Shown here: in pieces, positions 46,168 to 56,437 of the stretch
Layout of the letters: every line of letters starts with the position of its first letter
Numbering within the stretch: position 1 is the first letter of the stretch
Assembly (NCBI GenBank): GCA_965648905.1
Contig: CBFGIT010000003.1
Span: forward strand, 93,844-157,843
Direction: 5' to 3'
From: a candidate division WOR-3 bacterium
GTDB lineage: Bacteria; Hydrothermota; Tepidihabitantia; Tepidihabitantales; Tepidihabitantaceae
DNA length: 64,000 nucleotides
Program-made: the position numbers and the translations under genes
The notes under the pieces: generated by a model
What the model saw: the letters and a program-made list of their open reading frames with translations, nothing else
Databases searched by the model: none
What the model was told of the DNA's origin: nothing

Positions 46168-46917
46168 ATGCCGCTGTGTCGGAATCGCGAACTGGTTCGG
46201 CTGCTCTTGGAGCAGCATCGTCCCTTGACCGAGTCGCTCTACAACCTGACCTTCGAGACGCTGGGGGGCAAGGCCCGCTGGGTTAGAGTTGATCGCCTGG
46301 ACCAGCCCCGGGCGTTGCTTCTGTCCGGCCGCCGCCTGAGTCTGTTCGCCACGAGCACGCAGGCCGCAGCCCGGGTCCTGGTCGAGACGCCCCGCAACCT
46401 GCGCATGCAGTTCCGCGCGACCCCACCTCGTTTCGTGGCCCTCGTGCGCCAGCTCTGGCGCGGCCCGGACCAAGATCGGACCATTCGGGTCAACCCGTGC
46501 TATCTCTACGCTCTGCTCGACCCACGCAAGCTCGTCACGAGTACGGTTCGAGGCATCACCACGCTGCTTCCCGATGACGCCGAGACCATTGTCCGGAATT
46601 CACCGTACAACCGTCGGGTTAGTTATGTGCGCGAGCGCATCAAGCTCGGCCCGGGCTGCGGCATCCGGATTGACGGACGCCTGGTCGCCTGGGGTCTTAC
46701 GCACGACGATGGTTCGATGGGCTTCCTCTACGTGCTGCCCGAACATCGGGGTAAAGGGCTGGCCCGAGCGTTAACAACAGCATTGGCGCAGAATCTGCTC
46801 CGGCTCGATGTCCGGCCGTTCATGTACATCGTGCGGAACAACAATGCATCGGTCACGCTGACCAGCAGTATGGGCTTTGAGCGGTGCGGCACGCTCTATT
46901 GGTTCGGAACCGAGTAG
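46168..46917 (+). CDS. GNAT-family acetyltransferase (FR47-like C-terminal domain)
   Basis: HDDGSMGFLYVLPEHRGKGLA, NNASV...MGF. Confidence 0.85.
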   Translation: MPLCRNRELVRLLLEQHRPLTESLYNLTFETLGGKARWVRVDRLDQPRALLLSGRRLSLFATSTQAAARVLVETPRNLRMQFRATPPRFVALVRQLWRGPDQDRTIRVNPCYLYALLDPRKLVTSTVRGITTLLPDDAETIVRNSPYNRRVSYVRERIKLGPGCGIRIDGRLVAWGLTHDDGSMGFLYVLPEHRGKGLARALTTALAQNLLRLDVRPFMYIVRNNNASVTLTSSMGFERCGTLYWFGTE

Positions 46918-46920
46918 TCG

Positions 46921-48129
46921 CTAGCCGATGCCGCCGGCCGAGACTTCCTTCAATGCCCTCAGCTCGTTGACGAGCTGAGTCGCCTCGTAGGTCGTGTTAG
47001 CCCGCAGCAGCAGGCAACCTTTGTGTTCCTTGCGCTCGGCCCGAGGCAAGGACCCAAGGAACTCCTCGACCTCACGCGGCGGAATCCCGAGATACCCGGC
47101 AAGGAATTCAGAGCCGGTGTTCACAACGACGATGACCTCGTCCTTGCCTGGGAACGGCCACCGGTCCGGGTCGACCGCGACGACGATTGTCCCTTCGGCT
47201 GCAGCTTTGCCCTCGGCATCCGGCGGGAAGTACTCGAATCCCCGACGCCTCAGCCCGATCTCGTCGAGGCCGAGCAGTTTCACCAGTATCTCCTGCTGCT
47301 TAGGACTCGCGTCCGAGGCCGGAAACGGCTCACGTGCTGCACCTGCGGCCTCGCGCTTCTGGGTCGAGCCGAAACCGGCCATGCTGGCGTATTCCTTGCG
47401 GTGAATCGGCGCTTCGGTCTCATGCCGGGACGGTTCGGGCCTGGACGGTGCCGGTTTCGCTTCTGGCCGTGCCGCTGCCGGCTCAGGCTTGTGGACTGAA
47501 GCCTTAGGCGCAGGGCGGTCCTCAGGAAACAGCCTGGGCCGCACGACCTCAACGCCGTCACCGCGATACAGCTCAAAGCCGAGTGGCCGCACGTCGAGAT
47601 TCATATTCCTGAGGTAGGAAAGCATCTCGCGCGCCGCGTTGTCGAACTCGGGAACCACAAGGACAATTGGGAACCTGCCTTTGTTCAGACAGTCCTCAAC
47701 GCCCGACCGGAAGGCGGCTGCTGAGAAACTCGGCCCCACCCGGGACGAAACCCAGTCGGCCAGTGCCATACCGAGTGCCTCATCAAAAAGCGCGGCGAAG
47801 GCCGGGTACTTCTGGTGCCAGAGCCGGCCATTTGCGGCCAGGATATCGCTGATGACACCAGCAGCGTTGCCTTCCAGTCTCATATCCGGACACCCGACCA
47901 GTTGGACTCCACCCCGCTCGTCAACCGCCACGAGCACCCGTCCGGAAACCGGCTGCGGTACTACAACTGCTGCCCGGGGCATTGGGCCGCTCGGCTCGAC
48001 CATGCCGAGGAACTCGGGCGACTGGACAGTCAGCTCTACCAAGTCAATCGGCTGACCCCGCGCAGTAACTGTGGCCGCAGACCAGCGGTCGCCGAACTTG
48101 CTGACCCGGATGCAACAAGGGTTCATCAC
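46921..48129 (-). CDS. Hypothetical protein with degenerate PD-(D/E)xK nuclease-like domain
   Basis: VLVAVDERGGVQLVGCPD...GRLW...GRFPIVLV; paralog of 48126-49040. Confidence 0.7.
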   Translation of the reverse strand: MMNPCCIRVSKFGDRWSAATVTARGQPIDLVELTVQSPEFLGMVEPSGPMPRAAVVVPQPVSGRVLVAVDERGGVQLVGCPDMRLEGNAAGVISDILAANGRLWHQKYPAFAALFDEALGMALADWVSSRVGPSFSAAAFRSGVEDCLNKGRFPIVLVVPEFDNAAREMLSYLRNMNLDVRPLGFELYRGDGVEVVRPRLFPEDRPAPKASVHKPEPAAARPEAKPAPSRPEPSRHETEAPIHRKEYASMAGFGSTQKREAAGAAREPFPASDASPKQQEILVKLLGLDEIGLRRRGFEYFPPDAEGKAAAEGTIVVAVDPDRWPFPGKDEVIVVVNTGSEFLAGYLGIPPREVEEFLGSLPRAERKEHKGCLLLRANTTYEATQLVNELRALKEVSAGGIG

Positions 48130-49040
48130 TTTGGTGGCGGTCGTTTGCCCGCCATCACGCCCGGCTTTGTGCCCGGTGCGGGCACTGGTCCTTCGGGCTC
48201 ACGCTCGGGGCCGGCTCTCCCCGAGGATTCAGATGACTTCGCAGCCGGCGCGCCGGGCGGTGTGCGGCCCGGTCGGGCAACACCTGAAGGTGATTGGGCC
48301 GGACGGAAGGTCCCGCTGGTCGTCTTGGCAGGGATGTCCGGCCGCGACGGGACAACTGGGGCCGGTCGAACCGCAGTCGGGACGTCAGCACGAAGTTGAA
48401 CCGGGAGCGCAACCTCAATGCCGGAACTCGTGTAGACCCCTGCCCCGACCAGTCGGACTGGCAGACCGAACCCGCTCAGGTAGTCAAACGCCTCGCGGGC
48501 GCTCTGGTCAGTAGGTACCGCCACCAGCACGACCGGGAATCGGCCCGCGGTCAGGTTCGCGGCAATCCCTGAAAGAAGCATTTCATCAGTCCAGTCAGGC
48601 ATGGCCCGCTCATGGACCGCTTCAACCACGCTCTTGCCCAGCGGCTGCTCAACCAAAGCCAGGAACTCCTCGACCGGCATGCGCCAGAGCCGCCCTGTCA
48701 GACCGAGCACGTCGCCGGCCAAGAGAACTCCCGAGCTGGGATCCTTTTCATCCGGGCAACCGACCAGTGTGACGCCGCCTGCCTCGTCAATCGCAACCAG
48801 CAGACGGTCGGTACGCATGCCGGGCTGAATCACGGGCACGGTGATTCGCACCGGCGCGTCCGGATGGCCCTGTCCGGTCAGAAACTCGGGCGCCTCAAGC
48901 ACCAGACCGAGTGCGTCAACCGCAATGCCACTCGGCTCGGGCAAGAACGAAATCCAGCCGCGTCGCTCCTCGCGGCTGCGTACACAGTAGCTTCCGGCTG
49001 TGGCCTTTGAGCCGACCGAAGGACTGCTGGCTGCGTCCAC
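48126..49040 (-). CDS. Hypothetical protein with degenerate PD-(D/E)xK nuclease-like domain and Pro-rich tail
   Basis: LLVAIDEAGGVTLVGCPD...GRLW...GRFPVVLV. Confidence 0.7.
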   Translation of the reverse strand: MDAASSPSVGSKATAGSYCVRSREERRGWISFLPEPSGIAVDALGLVLEAPEFLTGQGHPDAPVRITVPVIQPGMRTDRLLVAIDEAGGVTLVGCPDEKDPSSGVLLAGDVLGLTGRLWRMPVEEFLALVEQPLGKSVVEAVHERAMPDWTDEMLLSGIAANLTAGRFPVVLVAVPTDQSAREAFDYLSGFGLPVRLVGAGVYTSSGIEVALPVQLRADVPTAVRPAPVVPSRPDIPAKTTSGTFRPAQSPSGVARPGRTPPGAPAAKSSESSGRAGPEREPEGPVPAPGTKPGVMAGKRPPPK

Positions 49041-49150
49041 GGCGAATGGTAGCCGTTCTCGCCCGTAGTGTCAAGTGAAGCCGGCCCGACCGCTGCTCCA
49101 CCCGAACGCGTCCGACCGCGGCGCCGGGTTCACTGCCGCACCCGAGACAG

Positions 49151-49179
49151 AAAGCAGGGGAGGCTTCCGCCTCCCCTGC
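49151..49179 (-). terminator. Rho-independent terminator of the OmpA-family gene
   Basis: GCAGGGGAGGC/GCCTCCCCTGC 11-bp stem followed by TTTC on the minus strand. Confidence 0.75.
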
Positions 49180-49199
49180 AATCAGCAGACCGGACTGGC

Positions 49200-51206
49200 C
49201 TACTGCTGTCCGAGAATGACGAACTCGACCCGACGGTTCAGGGCACGGCCTTCCGCGGTGCTGTTGTCGGCAACCGGGCGCGACTCGCCGTATCCCTTGG
49301 CCGTCAGTCGGCCCTGCTCGATTCCGAGATTCTGAACCAGGAAGTTGACGACTGCCCAAGCCCGGCCGTCAGAGAGCTTGAGGTTGTACTCGTCTGAGCC
49401 CTGGCTGTCAGTATGACCCTGAATCTCGACTCTGATGGACGGATTCTCTTTGAGAATCTTGGCCGCATCCTCGAGCGCAGGACGCGATTCGGGTTTGATT
49501 GTCGTCTTGTTGACATCGAAGTAGATGCCCCTCAAGGTAATGGCCATGCCTTCCTTGACCAAGCCGAAGTCCTTGACCATAGGCTTGTCCTTCTGGAGCA
49601 CTACCGCGGCCGACTGGGAGATGTAGCCGTCAGCCGTGACCGTGACTGCATAGGAGCCGACCGGGATCTCCGCGCTGTACACCCCGGTGGCCGGGTCAGT
49701 GGCCACATCCGGCACGCCGGTATTCGGGAAGCTGACGGTGGCAGCCAGCGGTGAGTTGTCCTTCTTGTCCGACACTCTGCCGGTAATGGTTGCCTTCATC
49801 GCTTCGGGCGTGAGGCTGAAGGCAGGCGCAGCAACCTGTCCTTCCTCAACCTTCACGGTCAGCGTTGCCGGGAAGTAGCCTGGGACCCGGGCGGTAACCG
49901 AGTAGACTCCAACGGGAACATCGTCCAGACGGAACGCACCGGTTGCCTCATCCGATGTCTGCGTCGGAATCGTTGTCCCCGGGAATTCGATGTTGGCGAC
50001 CAGCGGCCGGCTGGTTGTTGCGTCAACCACGGTGCCGGCGATGACGCCGTAGGTCACAAGCGGTCGCAGCTTGAACTGGTACTGCGCGGTCGTGCCGGTC
50101 CGGACTTCAATGGGCACGGCCTGACGCTGGTAGCCATCGGCCGTAACCTCGACGACGACCACACCGACCGGCACTTTCTTGACACGGAACACGCCGTTCG
50201 CGTCTGCGGTAAGCGGGGCGAGCCTGGCATTCTCCGGGAAGCTGATGTTGGCCGCCAGCCCGACGCCGGTACGGGCATCGGTGACAGTGCCGGCAATCTC
50301 GCCGTACTGAGCCGGCGCACGCTTGCCAAACGGCGTGGCAAAGCCGAACCCGGCGATGATCTCGTTCGGGTGTACCTTGTCGCCGCCCACTTCTGGGCCG
50401 AAACTGAACGTGTAGGCGAGCTTGAACATCATTGATGTGGCCGAACCGAATGCCACTCCCGGCGTTATGTGAATATGACCGTTCTCAGTGTCGAAGATTC
50501 CGTCGCCCTTCGGCATGTCGGGCTGCTGAGACAGGAACTCAGTGAACAAGGCGAAGCCCTTGCCCTGAAGCTCGACGCCAGCACCATAGCGGGTTTCGTC
50601 AGCATAGGGGCCCGGCATGCCTTCGACCTTGTTGATGAGCTTGCCGTAATTGAACATGAAGTTCGGTGCTGACGGCAGCACATCCTGCAGATGCAGCGTG
50701 GCCAGCGCGCTCCAGGCAAGTCGATCAGAAGGAAAGACGCAGTACGGGTCAAGCGGTGTCCAGCCGTCTTTCTCTTCGCGGGTCATGAAGGTGTAGGATG
50801 CAGCCCCACCCAGTTTGAGCACAGGCAGGACCGGAACCGATAACTTGCCGCCCGCCTTCAGATCGTGATAGCCCCAGATGAAGCCGTCTTCAGTCGCAGA
50901 CTTCACGGTCTGGAACACACCGCCCCAAGAGCCAAAGAGCTCCAGGCCGACGTACTTTGTTGCCACGGGCGCATAGCTCAGCTCCGGTGCAATCAGGTCC
51001 GCGACCCAACCGCTCTTGGCGGATTCGGCTCCGACCAAGTCAGCACTACGCGCTAGGGCATGCAGGGAAAGCGTCAATCCGGCTTCCTGCTCGACGAGTG
51101 CGTTCTGCACTCGGAGCAGACCTTTACCGCCACCGATGCCAGGATAAGCCAACACCAGGGCAGGCACGAACAGGGTCAGTAACACTGACAACGTTCGGTT
51201 TTTCAC
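49200..51206 (-). CDS. OmpA-family protein with N-terminal barrel-like region and three carboxypeptidase-regulatory-like domains
   Basis: Signal peptide; three G-x-V-x-D...PL-x-A repeats; IQGHTDSQGSDEYNLKLS..RA, GYGESRP, NRRVEF. Confidence 0.92.
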   Translation of the reverse strand: MKNRTLSVLLTLFVPALVLAYPGIGGGKGLLRVQNALVEQEAGLTLSLHALARSADLVGAESAKSGWVADLIAPELSYAPVATKYVGLELFGSWGGVFQTVKSATEDGFIWGYHDLKAGGKLSVPVLPVLKLGGAASYTFMTREEKDGWTPLDPYCVFPSDRLAWSALATLHLQDVLPSAPNFMFNYGKLINKVEGMPGPYADETRYGAGVELQGKGFALFTEFLSQQPDMPKGDGIFDTENGHIHITPGVAFGSATSMMFKLAYTFSFGPEVGGDKVHPNEIIAGFGFATPFGKRAPAQYGEIAGTVTDARTGVGLAANISFPENARLAPLTADANGVFRVKKVPVGVVVVEVTADGYQRQAVPIEVRTGTTAQYQFKLRPLVTYGVIAGTVVDATTSRPLVANIEFPGTTIPTQTSDEATGAFRLDDVPVGVYSVTARVPGYFPATLTVKVEEGQVAAPAFSLTPEAMKATITGRVSDKKDNSPLAATVSFPNTGVPDVATDPATGVYSAEIPVGSYAVTVTADGYISQSAAVVLQKDKPMVKDFGLVKEGMAITLRGIYFDVNKTTIKPESRPALEDAAKILKENPSIRVEIQGHTDSQGSDEYNLKLSDGRAWAVVNFLVQNLGIEQGRLTAKGYGESRPVADNSTAEGRALNRRVEFVILGQQ

Positions 51207-51415
51207 AGCTCCTCCTTATGGTTTGGGGTTGTGCCAGCTTTGACAGAACGCCAAGTCACATGACCCGGCAGCCGAACACAACTCGTCTTTCAAATTGCAG
51301 GCATCACCGCGCCTGTCGCCTATGGATTCCACACGAAACCCGCTCCCGCGGACCACAGGTGAGGGAACCTGCCTTGCGCGCCGCAGGCTGCCTGCCGCGC
51401 AGGCCGCGGCTACTA

Positions 51416-52042
51416 TTATTTCCCGAAGTTCTTCGGGTCGTCCCAGAAATCGCCGAACTGCATCTGGGCCACGCCCTGAGCCTTGACTCGCCGTCCGGAG
51501 ACCGAGTCGATGGCCGTGAACTCGAAGTCGGCCTGGACGATGTCCAATGTACCCATGTTCTCGGTGGGGTCGTCACCGATGTCGCCGGCGAAGTACTTCT
51601 GCTTCCACCATGCCTGGGCAACGACGAGCCTGGCCTCGGTCGCCTTCTTCAGGTCCTGCTCAACCGGAACCGTTATCGTCAGTGGGATGGACAGGTCGTC
51701 GTAGGACTTGCCGCTGCCTGCCAGAGTCGTGTAGGAAACGGTGTACTCCTTAATCTCGGCATGGAACGGAGTCCATGCCGGGAGACCGGCACCAATTTCG
51801 ACGTACTGGAACTCGAATCTGCAGGTGTCGTCACGCATGGCGACGATATACGAGAGTTCCTCCTCACTGTCCGGGATGGTCGGGTCATTCCAGACCGCCC
51901 AGTCCGCAATGTCACAGTAGATGGGCAGGCCGCGGTTGATGCTCACGACCCGCAACACGTCCTCCCGCTCGGCGCACGAGCAGGAAAGGAGCACACCGGC
52001 AAGCGCAGCGACCAGAGAAAATCCGAATACGACTCGAGGCAT
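51416..52042 (-). CDS. Hypothetical lipoprotein
   Basis: SD AAGGAGG, ATG 52042, hydrophobic stretch ending LLSCSC; promoter TTGACA-16-TACAAT at 52099-52072. Confidence 0.75.
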   Translation of the reverse strand: MPRVVFGFSLVAALAGVLLSCSCAEREDVLRVVSINRGLPIYCDIADWAVWNDPTIPDSEEELSYIVAMRDDTCRFEFQYVEIGAGLPAWTPFHAEIKEYTVSYTTLAGSGKSYDDLSIPLTITVPVEQDLKKATEARLVVAQAWWKQKYFAGDIGDDPTENMGTLDIVQADFEFTAIDSVSGRRVKAQGVAQMQFGDFWDDPKNFGK

Positions 52043-52583
52043 AACGTTTCCTCCTTTGGTCATTTACGTTTATTGTACCCTCCCCTCTCCGGCTGTCAAG
52101 CAATGCGCGCGTGACCCAGGCAGCACATTGACGTTCGAGCCGGTGCAGTGGGCTCGCAACCAGTTGAAGATTGCTGAAAGAACGGCGGCTCAGACAGTGC
52201 CAGACGATGCCTGTGCCAGAGAACGATGTGCAATTCGCGGGTCGGCTGGCACTTACACGAGACCTGGGTCAGGGAGAGGCCGTACCCCGGGTAGCGGTCG
52301 CGTGTGCGACCGAAAGCGCAGTTGAACGGACGTCTGCCTTGGCCTTGTCGCCTTCGATACCGCCTACGCGTGTCTGAGTCCTCCCCGCAGAGTTGCTTCT
52401 GACCATCTCTCACGTGCTTCGGGGAACGTAAGTCGAAGCATTGGGCCGAGCATGTCGACGGGCAAGTACGTCGGCTGATGACTGAACTCGCGAGGTGGCA
52501 GATGTCGTGACGCTGGTCCCGGCCCCGCTGCTGACGCCTTGCCCGGGAATTGAAACTGTCCCGGCAGACTGCGCCTTGCGGAG

Positions 52584-52611
52584 TTGACATCGCAGGATAC
52601 CGGTCTAGAAT
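52584..52611 (+). promoter_or_regulatory. Sigma70-like promoter of yebC-ruvCAB
   Basis: TTGACA-16-TAGAAT. Confidence 0.7.
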
Positions 52612-52690
52612 TGGTCGCACGACATATGCTGCTGGCAAACTACTCAAATACTGACCGGAGCAGCGGCTCCGATTCCTAAGGAGGCCCAAC

Positions 52691-53446
52691 ATGTCAGGAC
52701 ACTCCAAGTGGTCGACCATCAAACACAAGAAAGGCAAAGCCGACGCGGCTCGCGGTCGGGCTTTCTCCAAGCTGATAAGAGAAATCACGACCGCGGCGAG
52801 AATCGGCGGCGGCGACCCGGCCGGAAACCCGCGACTACGCACGGCGATGGACTCGGCCAAGGCGATTAACATGCCCGCGGAGAATGTCGAGCGGGCAATA
52901 AAGAAAGGCACCGGTGAGCTGCCCGGAGTCACCTACGAAGAAGTCACCTACGAAGGCTACGCCCCGGGCGGGGTAGCCTTGATGGTCCGGGCGCTGACCG
53001 ACAACAAGAACCGCAGCACTGCCGAAATCCGACACGTTTTCGACAAGTACGGCGGCTCAATGGGCTCAGCCGGGTGTGTTGCCTGGCAGTTCAAGCCGCA
53101 AGGTCTCATCCTCGTGAACAAAGAAAAGGCTGATGAGGATGCCGTTCTCACCGCGGCACTGGAAGCGGGCGCAGATGACGTACAGACCGAGGCGAGCGCA
53201 TTTTCGATAGTCACGCCGCTGGACAAGTTCGAGGCGGTGAAGAAACAGCTCAAGGCCGCAGGCATTGAGTGGGAAAGCGCCGAACTGACCCAAATCGCGG
53301 CCAATACTGTGCCGGTGTCCGAGGCTGATGCTCCCAGAGTTCTCAAGCTGATCGATATGCTTGAGGAACTGGAAGAGGTCCAGCAGGTCTATGCCAATTT
53401 CGACATCGCCGACGAGGTGCTCGAACGGGTCACGGCCGGAGCTTAG
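52691..53446 (+). CDS. yebC: YebC/PmpR family protein
   Basis: MSGHSKWSTIKHKK, YEGYAPGG, TDNKNR. Confidence 0.97.
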   Translation: MSGHSKWSTIKHKKGKADAARGRAFSKLIREITTAARIGGGDPAGNPRLRTAMDSAKAINMPAENVERAIKKGTGELPGVTYEEVTYEGYAPGGVALMVRALTDNKNRSTAEIRHVFDKYGGSMGSAGCVAWQFKPQGLILVNKEKADEDAVLTAALEAGADDVQTEASAFSIVTPLDKFEAVKKQLKAAGIEWESAELTQIAANTVPVSEADAPRVLKLIDMLEELEEVQQVYANFDIADEVLERVTAGA

Positions 53447-53452
53447 TCTGAC

Positions 53453-53986
53453 TTGAGGATTCTGGGGATCGACCCCGGACTTGGCGCGACCGGCTACGGC
53501 GTGATTGCCGACGGCCGCGCCGTTGCTTTTGGCACGATTACCACCGACACGCAGGCTGCCATCCCAGACCGGCTTCATGCCTTAGGCCAGGCGCTGAAGC
53601 AGGTCATCCGTCAGACCAGACCTGAGCGATGTGCGCTTGAGACTTTGTTCTTCAAGGGCGGTGGTGCCCGAAGCGTCATCCGCTCGGCCGAGTCTCGGGG
53701 CACGATTATCTACACCCTCGCCTGCGCACGGATTCCGGTGGTCGAACTGACGCCCGCGTCAATCAAACTGGCGCTAACCGGGAGCGGACGTGCTTCCAAG
53801 GGACAGGTCAACTACATGGTTCGGGCTCTGCTCAAGCTCGGTGACCGCGTGCCCGAGCATGCTGCTGACGCGCTGGCCGCGGCCTACTGCCTCGGCCGCC
53901 GGGTGTCGAACCACGACCGCACCCCGTCAACTTCACGACCGCGGACCCGGAGGCACTGGCCGGTTCCGCCCGGTGACAAGCTGTGA
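53453..53986 (+). CDS. ruvC: Holliday junction resolvase RuvC
   Basis: ILGIDPG..ATGYGV, TGSGRASK.QV, AADALA. Confidence 0.95.
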   Translation: MRILGIDPGLGATGYGVIADGRAVAFGTITTDTQAAIPDRLHALGQALKQVIRQTRPERCALETLFFKGGGARSVIRSAESRGTIIYTLACARIPVVELTPASIKLALTGSGRASKGQVNYMVRALLKLGDRVPEHAADALAAAYCLGRRVSNHDRTPSTSRPRTRRHWPVPPGDKL

Positions 53987-54543
53987 TTTCACGTCTGCGC
54001 GGGGTCGTGAAGGAGAAGGAACCAACCCGGCTTGTGCTCGAGTGTGCAGGAATCGGCTTCGAAGTCTGGGTTCCTCTCTCGACCGCACGTGAGCTGCCCG
54101 CGCCCGGACAGGAGGCCGAGGTGCTGATAGAACCGCGCTTTGTGCGGGACGGGCTTCTCCTGTATGGGTTTGTTACCACCAGTGAGCGCGATGTTTTCCG
54201 CCTGCTCACCTCAGTATCAGGTGTTGGCCCCAAGGCCGGACTGAACTTGCTGTCAAGGTTCTCGCCGGTCGAGATAGCGCAGTTCATCCGGCAACGCCGT
54301 GCCGACGTCCTGCGCACCGTGCCGGGCCTTGGACCAAAGAAAGTGGAAAGCATCCTGACTCAGCTTGAGGGTACCACAGCCGGGTCCGCACCGGGCAGCT
54401 CTCTGCTGGCCGATGCCGAATCCGCGTTGCAGAACCTGGGTCTGACCAGAAAAGAGGCCCGGGAGCGGCTGGCCCGCATCAATGCGTCTGACGCAATGAC
54501 CCTGCAGGAACTGCTCAGGCTGGCCTTGGCGCAGCGAGGGTAG
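53983..54543 (+). CDS. ruvA: Holliday junction branch migration protein RuvA
   Basis: MISRLRG, LYGF, VSGVGPK, VPGLGPK. Confidence 0.95.
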   Translation: MISRLRGVVKEKEPTRLVLECAGIGFEVWVPLSTARELPAPGQEAEVLIEPRFVRDGLLLYGFVTTSERDVFRLLTSVSGVGPKAGLNLLSRFSPVEIAQFIRQRRADVLRTVPGLGPKKVESILTQLEGTTAGSAPGSSLLADAESALQNLGLTRKEARERLARINASDAMTLQELLRLALAQRG

Positions 54544-54544
54544 T

Positions 54545-55576
54545 GTGGTACGGGACGAGAGGCTCTCCTCACCCCAGCGGATGCGGGGTGAAGATGCCCT
54601 GGACGAAGCGATTCGGCCACGCCGGCTCGAGGACTTCGTGGGGCAGAATAGGCTCAAGGACAATCTCAAGGTATTCATCGAAGCCGCCCGGCTCCGTTCT
54701 GAAGCGCTGGAGCATGTACTTCTCTTCGGGCCACCCGGTCTGGGCAAAACAACCCTGGCCCACATCATCGCCCACGAGATGGAAGCAGAAATAAGGTCCA
54801 GTTCCGGCCCGGTGCTGGAGCGGCCGGTCGACCTAGCCGGGATTCTGACCGGACTCGGGGCCAGGGACGTCCTGTTCATTGACGAAATCCATCGAACGAA
54901 CAAGGCGGTTGAAGAGTACCTTTATCCGGCGCTCGAGGACTTCTCAATCGACGTCCTCATTGACCGGGGTCCCGGGGCACGTTCGGAAAGAATCATGCTG
55001 AGGGACTTCACGCTGGTAGGCGCGACAACCCGCTCCGGGCTGCTCACCGGCCCGCTCCGGTCGAGATTCGGCATATCCCTTCACCTCGATTACTACCCGG
55101 CAGAGGATTTGCTGGAGATTGTCCGTCGCTCAGCCAGGATTCTGAAGGTCAAAATTGACAATGACGGGGCATGGGAAATCGCTCGCCGGTCACGTGGCAC
55201 CCCCAGAATCGCCAACCGGCTCCTACGGCGAGTTCGAGACTTCGCCCAGGTCAAAGGCAAGAAGAAGGTAGACTTGGAGATAACCCAGTTCGCCCTGGGG
55301 CAGTTGGAAGTTGATGGACTCGGGCTGGACCTGATGGACAAGAAGATACTCCTGACCATCATTGATAAGTTCGGCGGCGGTCCGGTGGGGATATCGTCTC
55401 TGGCCGTGGCAGTAGGCGAGGACGTCGGCACCCTGGAGGAGGTTTATGAACCTTTCCTTGTTCAGGAAGGCTTGGTCAAGCGCACCCCACGCGGCCGCGT
55501 GGCCCTGCCCCTAGCCTTCCGGCATCTGAGACGGCAGCCCAGCGCCGGTTACCAACAGCGGCTGGACTTGGGCTGA
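54545..55576 (+). CDS. ruvB: Holliday junction branch migration helicase RuvB
   Basis: [42 protein letters not shown]. Confidence 0.98.
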   Translation: MVRDERLSSPQRMRGEDALDEAIRPRRLEDFVGQNRLKDNLKVFIEAARLRSEALEHVLLFGPPGLGKTTLAHIIAHEMEAEIRSSSGPVLERPVDLAGILTGLGARDVLFIDEIHRTNKAVEEYLYPALEDFSIDVLIDRGPGARSERIMLRDFTLVGATTRSGLLTGPLRSRFGISLHLDYYPAEDLLEIVRRSARILKVKIDNDGAWEIARRSRGTPRIANRLLRRVRDFAQVKGKKKVDLEITQFALGQLEVDGLGLDLMDKKILLTIIDKFGGGPVGISSLAVAVGEDVGTLEEVYEPFLVQEGLVKRTPRGRVALPLAFRHLRRQPSAGYQQRLDLG

Positions 55577-55795
55577 ACCGCAGCCCGGCACGAGCCATCG
55601 TTCTTGTGCTGGGCGGCCATGCCACCGCTGGTTGGTCTCCAGAGACCCTATCGGTTGAGCCACGGCCTCCACCGGCCACTACCGATTGACCAGGACCGAC
55701 CGGCCGTCCTGCCTGACGCGTCTAGTGATGTTCCCTGGTCCGACTGGCCAGCCTGATTTTCTTGACAGAGACGGGATTATCAAGAGTATGTTAGC

Positions 55796-56437
55796 GTGCG
55801 AAAGGCGTCTGTTGGCCTGGTCTGCCTGTGCGCGGCCTGTCTTGTGCCCAAGAGCCAGACCGTGGGCAGCACGGTCGGCACCATGCCGCCCTCTTTCATG
55901 TTCCGCGACTGGAGTGCGGACACGGTACTGCCGACCGGGCGCTACATGGGCAGGTTCAAGGTAACATACTACTGGGCTGTGGAGGAAGCAGACTACCCGC
56001 AGTCCAAGTCCAACCCCCTCTATCTGGCCGACGGCAGCCTGCTGGGGCGGTTCTCTTCGGCGTTTGTGAAGGCATTCAAGACCGAGTCTGCCGCCAAGCT
56101 CCGAGACGGCAGGTGCATCAGCTACCTCAAGCGACGGGGCCGGGCCGAGGTCGTGGACCAGTTCCTCGGCTACGGCGGACACAAACTCGTCGAGCTGAAG
56201 TCGATCGCTGTGGACCCGCGCGTAATTCCATTAGGGTCAATCGTTTACATACCTCAGGCCGCTGGCGTCATGGTCGACGGCAAGCCCCAGTCCGGACTGT
56301 TCTACGCCCACGACATCGGCAGCGCAATAAGAGGCAAACACATCGACATCTTTGTCGGCCGCAGGGCCAACATGGCGTGCTTCAGCTCAGCGGGAATGCA
56401 GAGTTCGGGTAGCGTCGATGTCTACGTGCTCGAATAA
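55796..56437 (+). CDS. 3D-domain (MltA-like) lipoprotein
   Basis: Lipobox-like LCAAC; SIAVDPRVIPLGS, AHDIGSAIRGKHIDIFVG. Confidence 0.88.
   Translation: MRKASVGLVCLCAACLVPKSQTVGSTVGTMPPSFMFRDWSADTVLPTGRYMGRFKVTYYWAVEEADYPQSKSNPLYLADGSLLGRFSSAFVKAFKTESAAKLRDGRCISYLKRRGRAEVVDQFLGYGGHKLVELKSIAVDPRVIPLGSIVYIPQAAGVMVDGKPQSGLFYAHDIGSAIRGKHIDIFVGRRANMACFSSAGMQSSGSVDVYVLE

Noticed and set aside
51207..51415. Riboswitch upstream of the OmpA-family gene
   Set aside because: GC-rich stems are possible, but I could not recognise any conserved riboswitch motif.
56387..56437. 51-bp convergent overlap of the 3D-domain and deacetylase genes
   Set aside because: Short 3' overlaps are common in compact GC-rich genomes; nothing else suggests a function.
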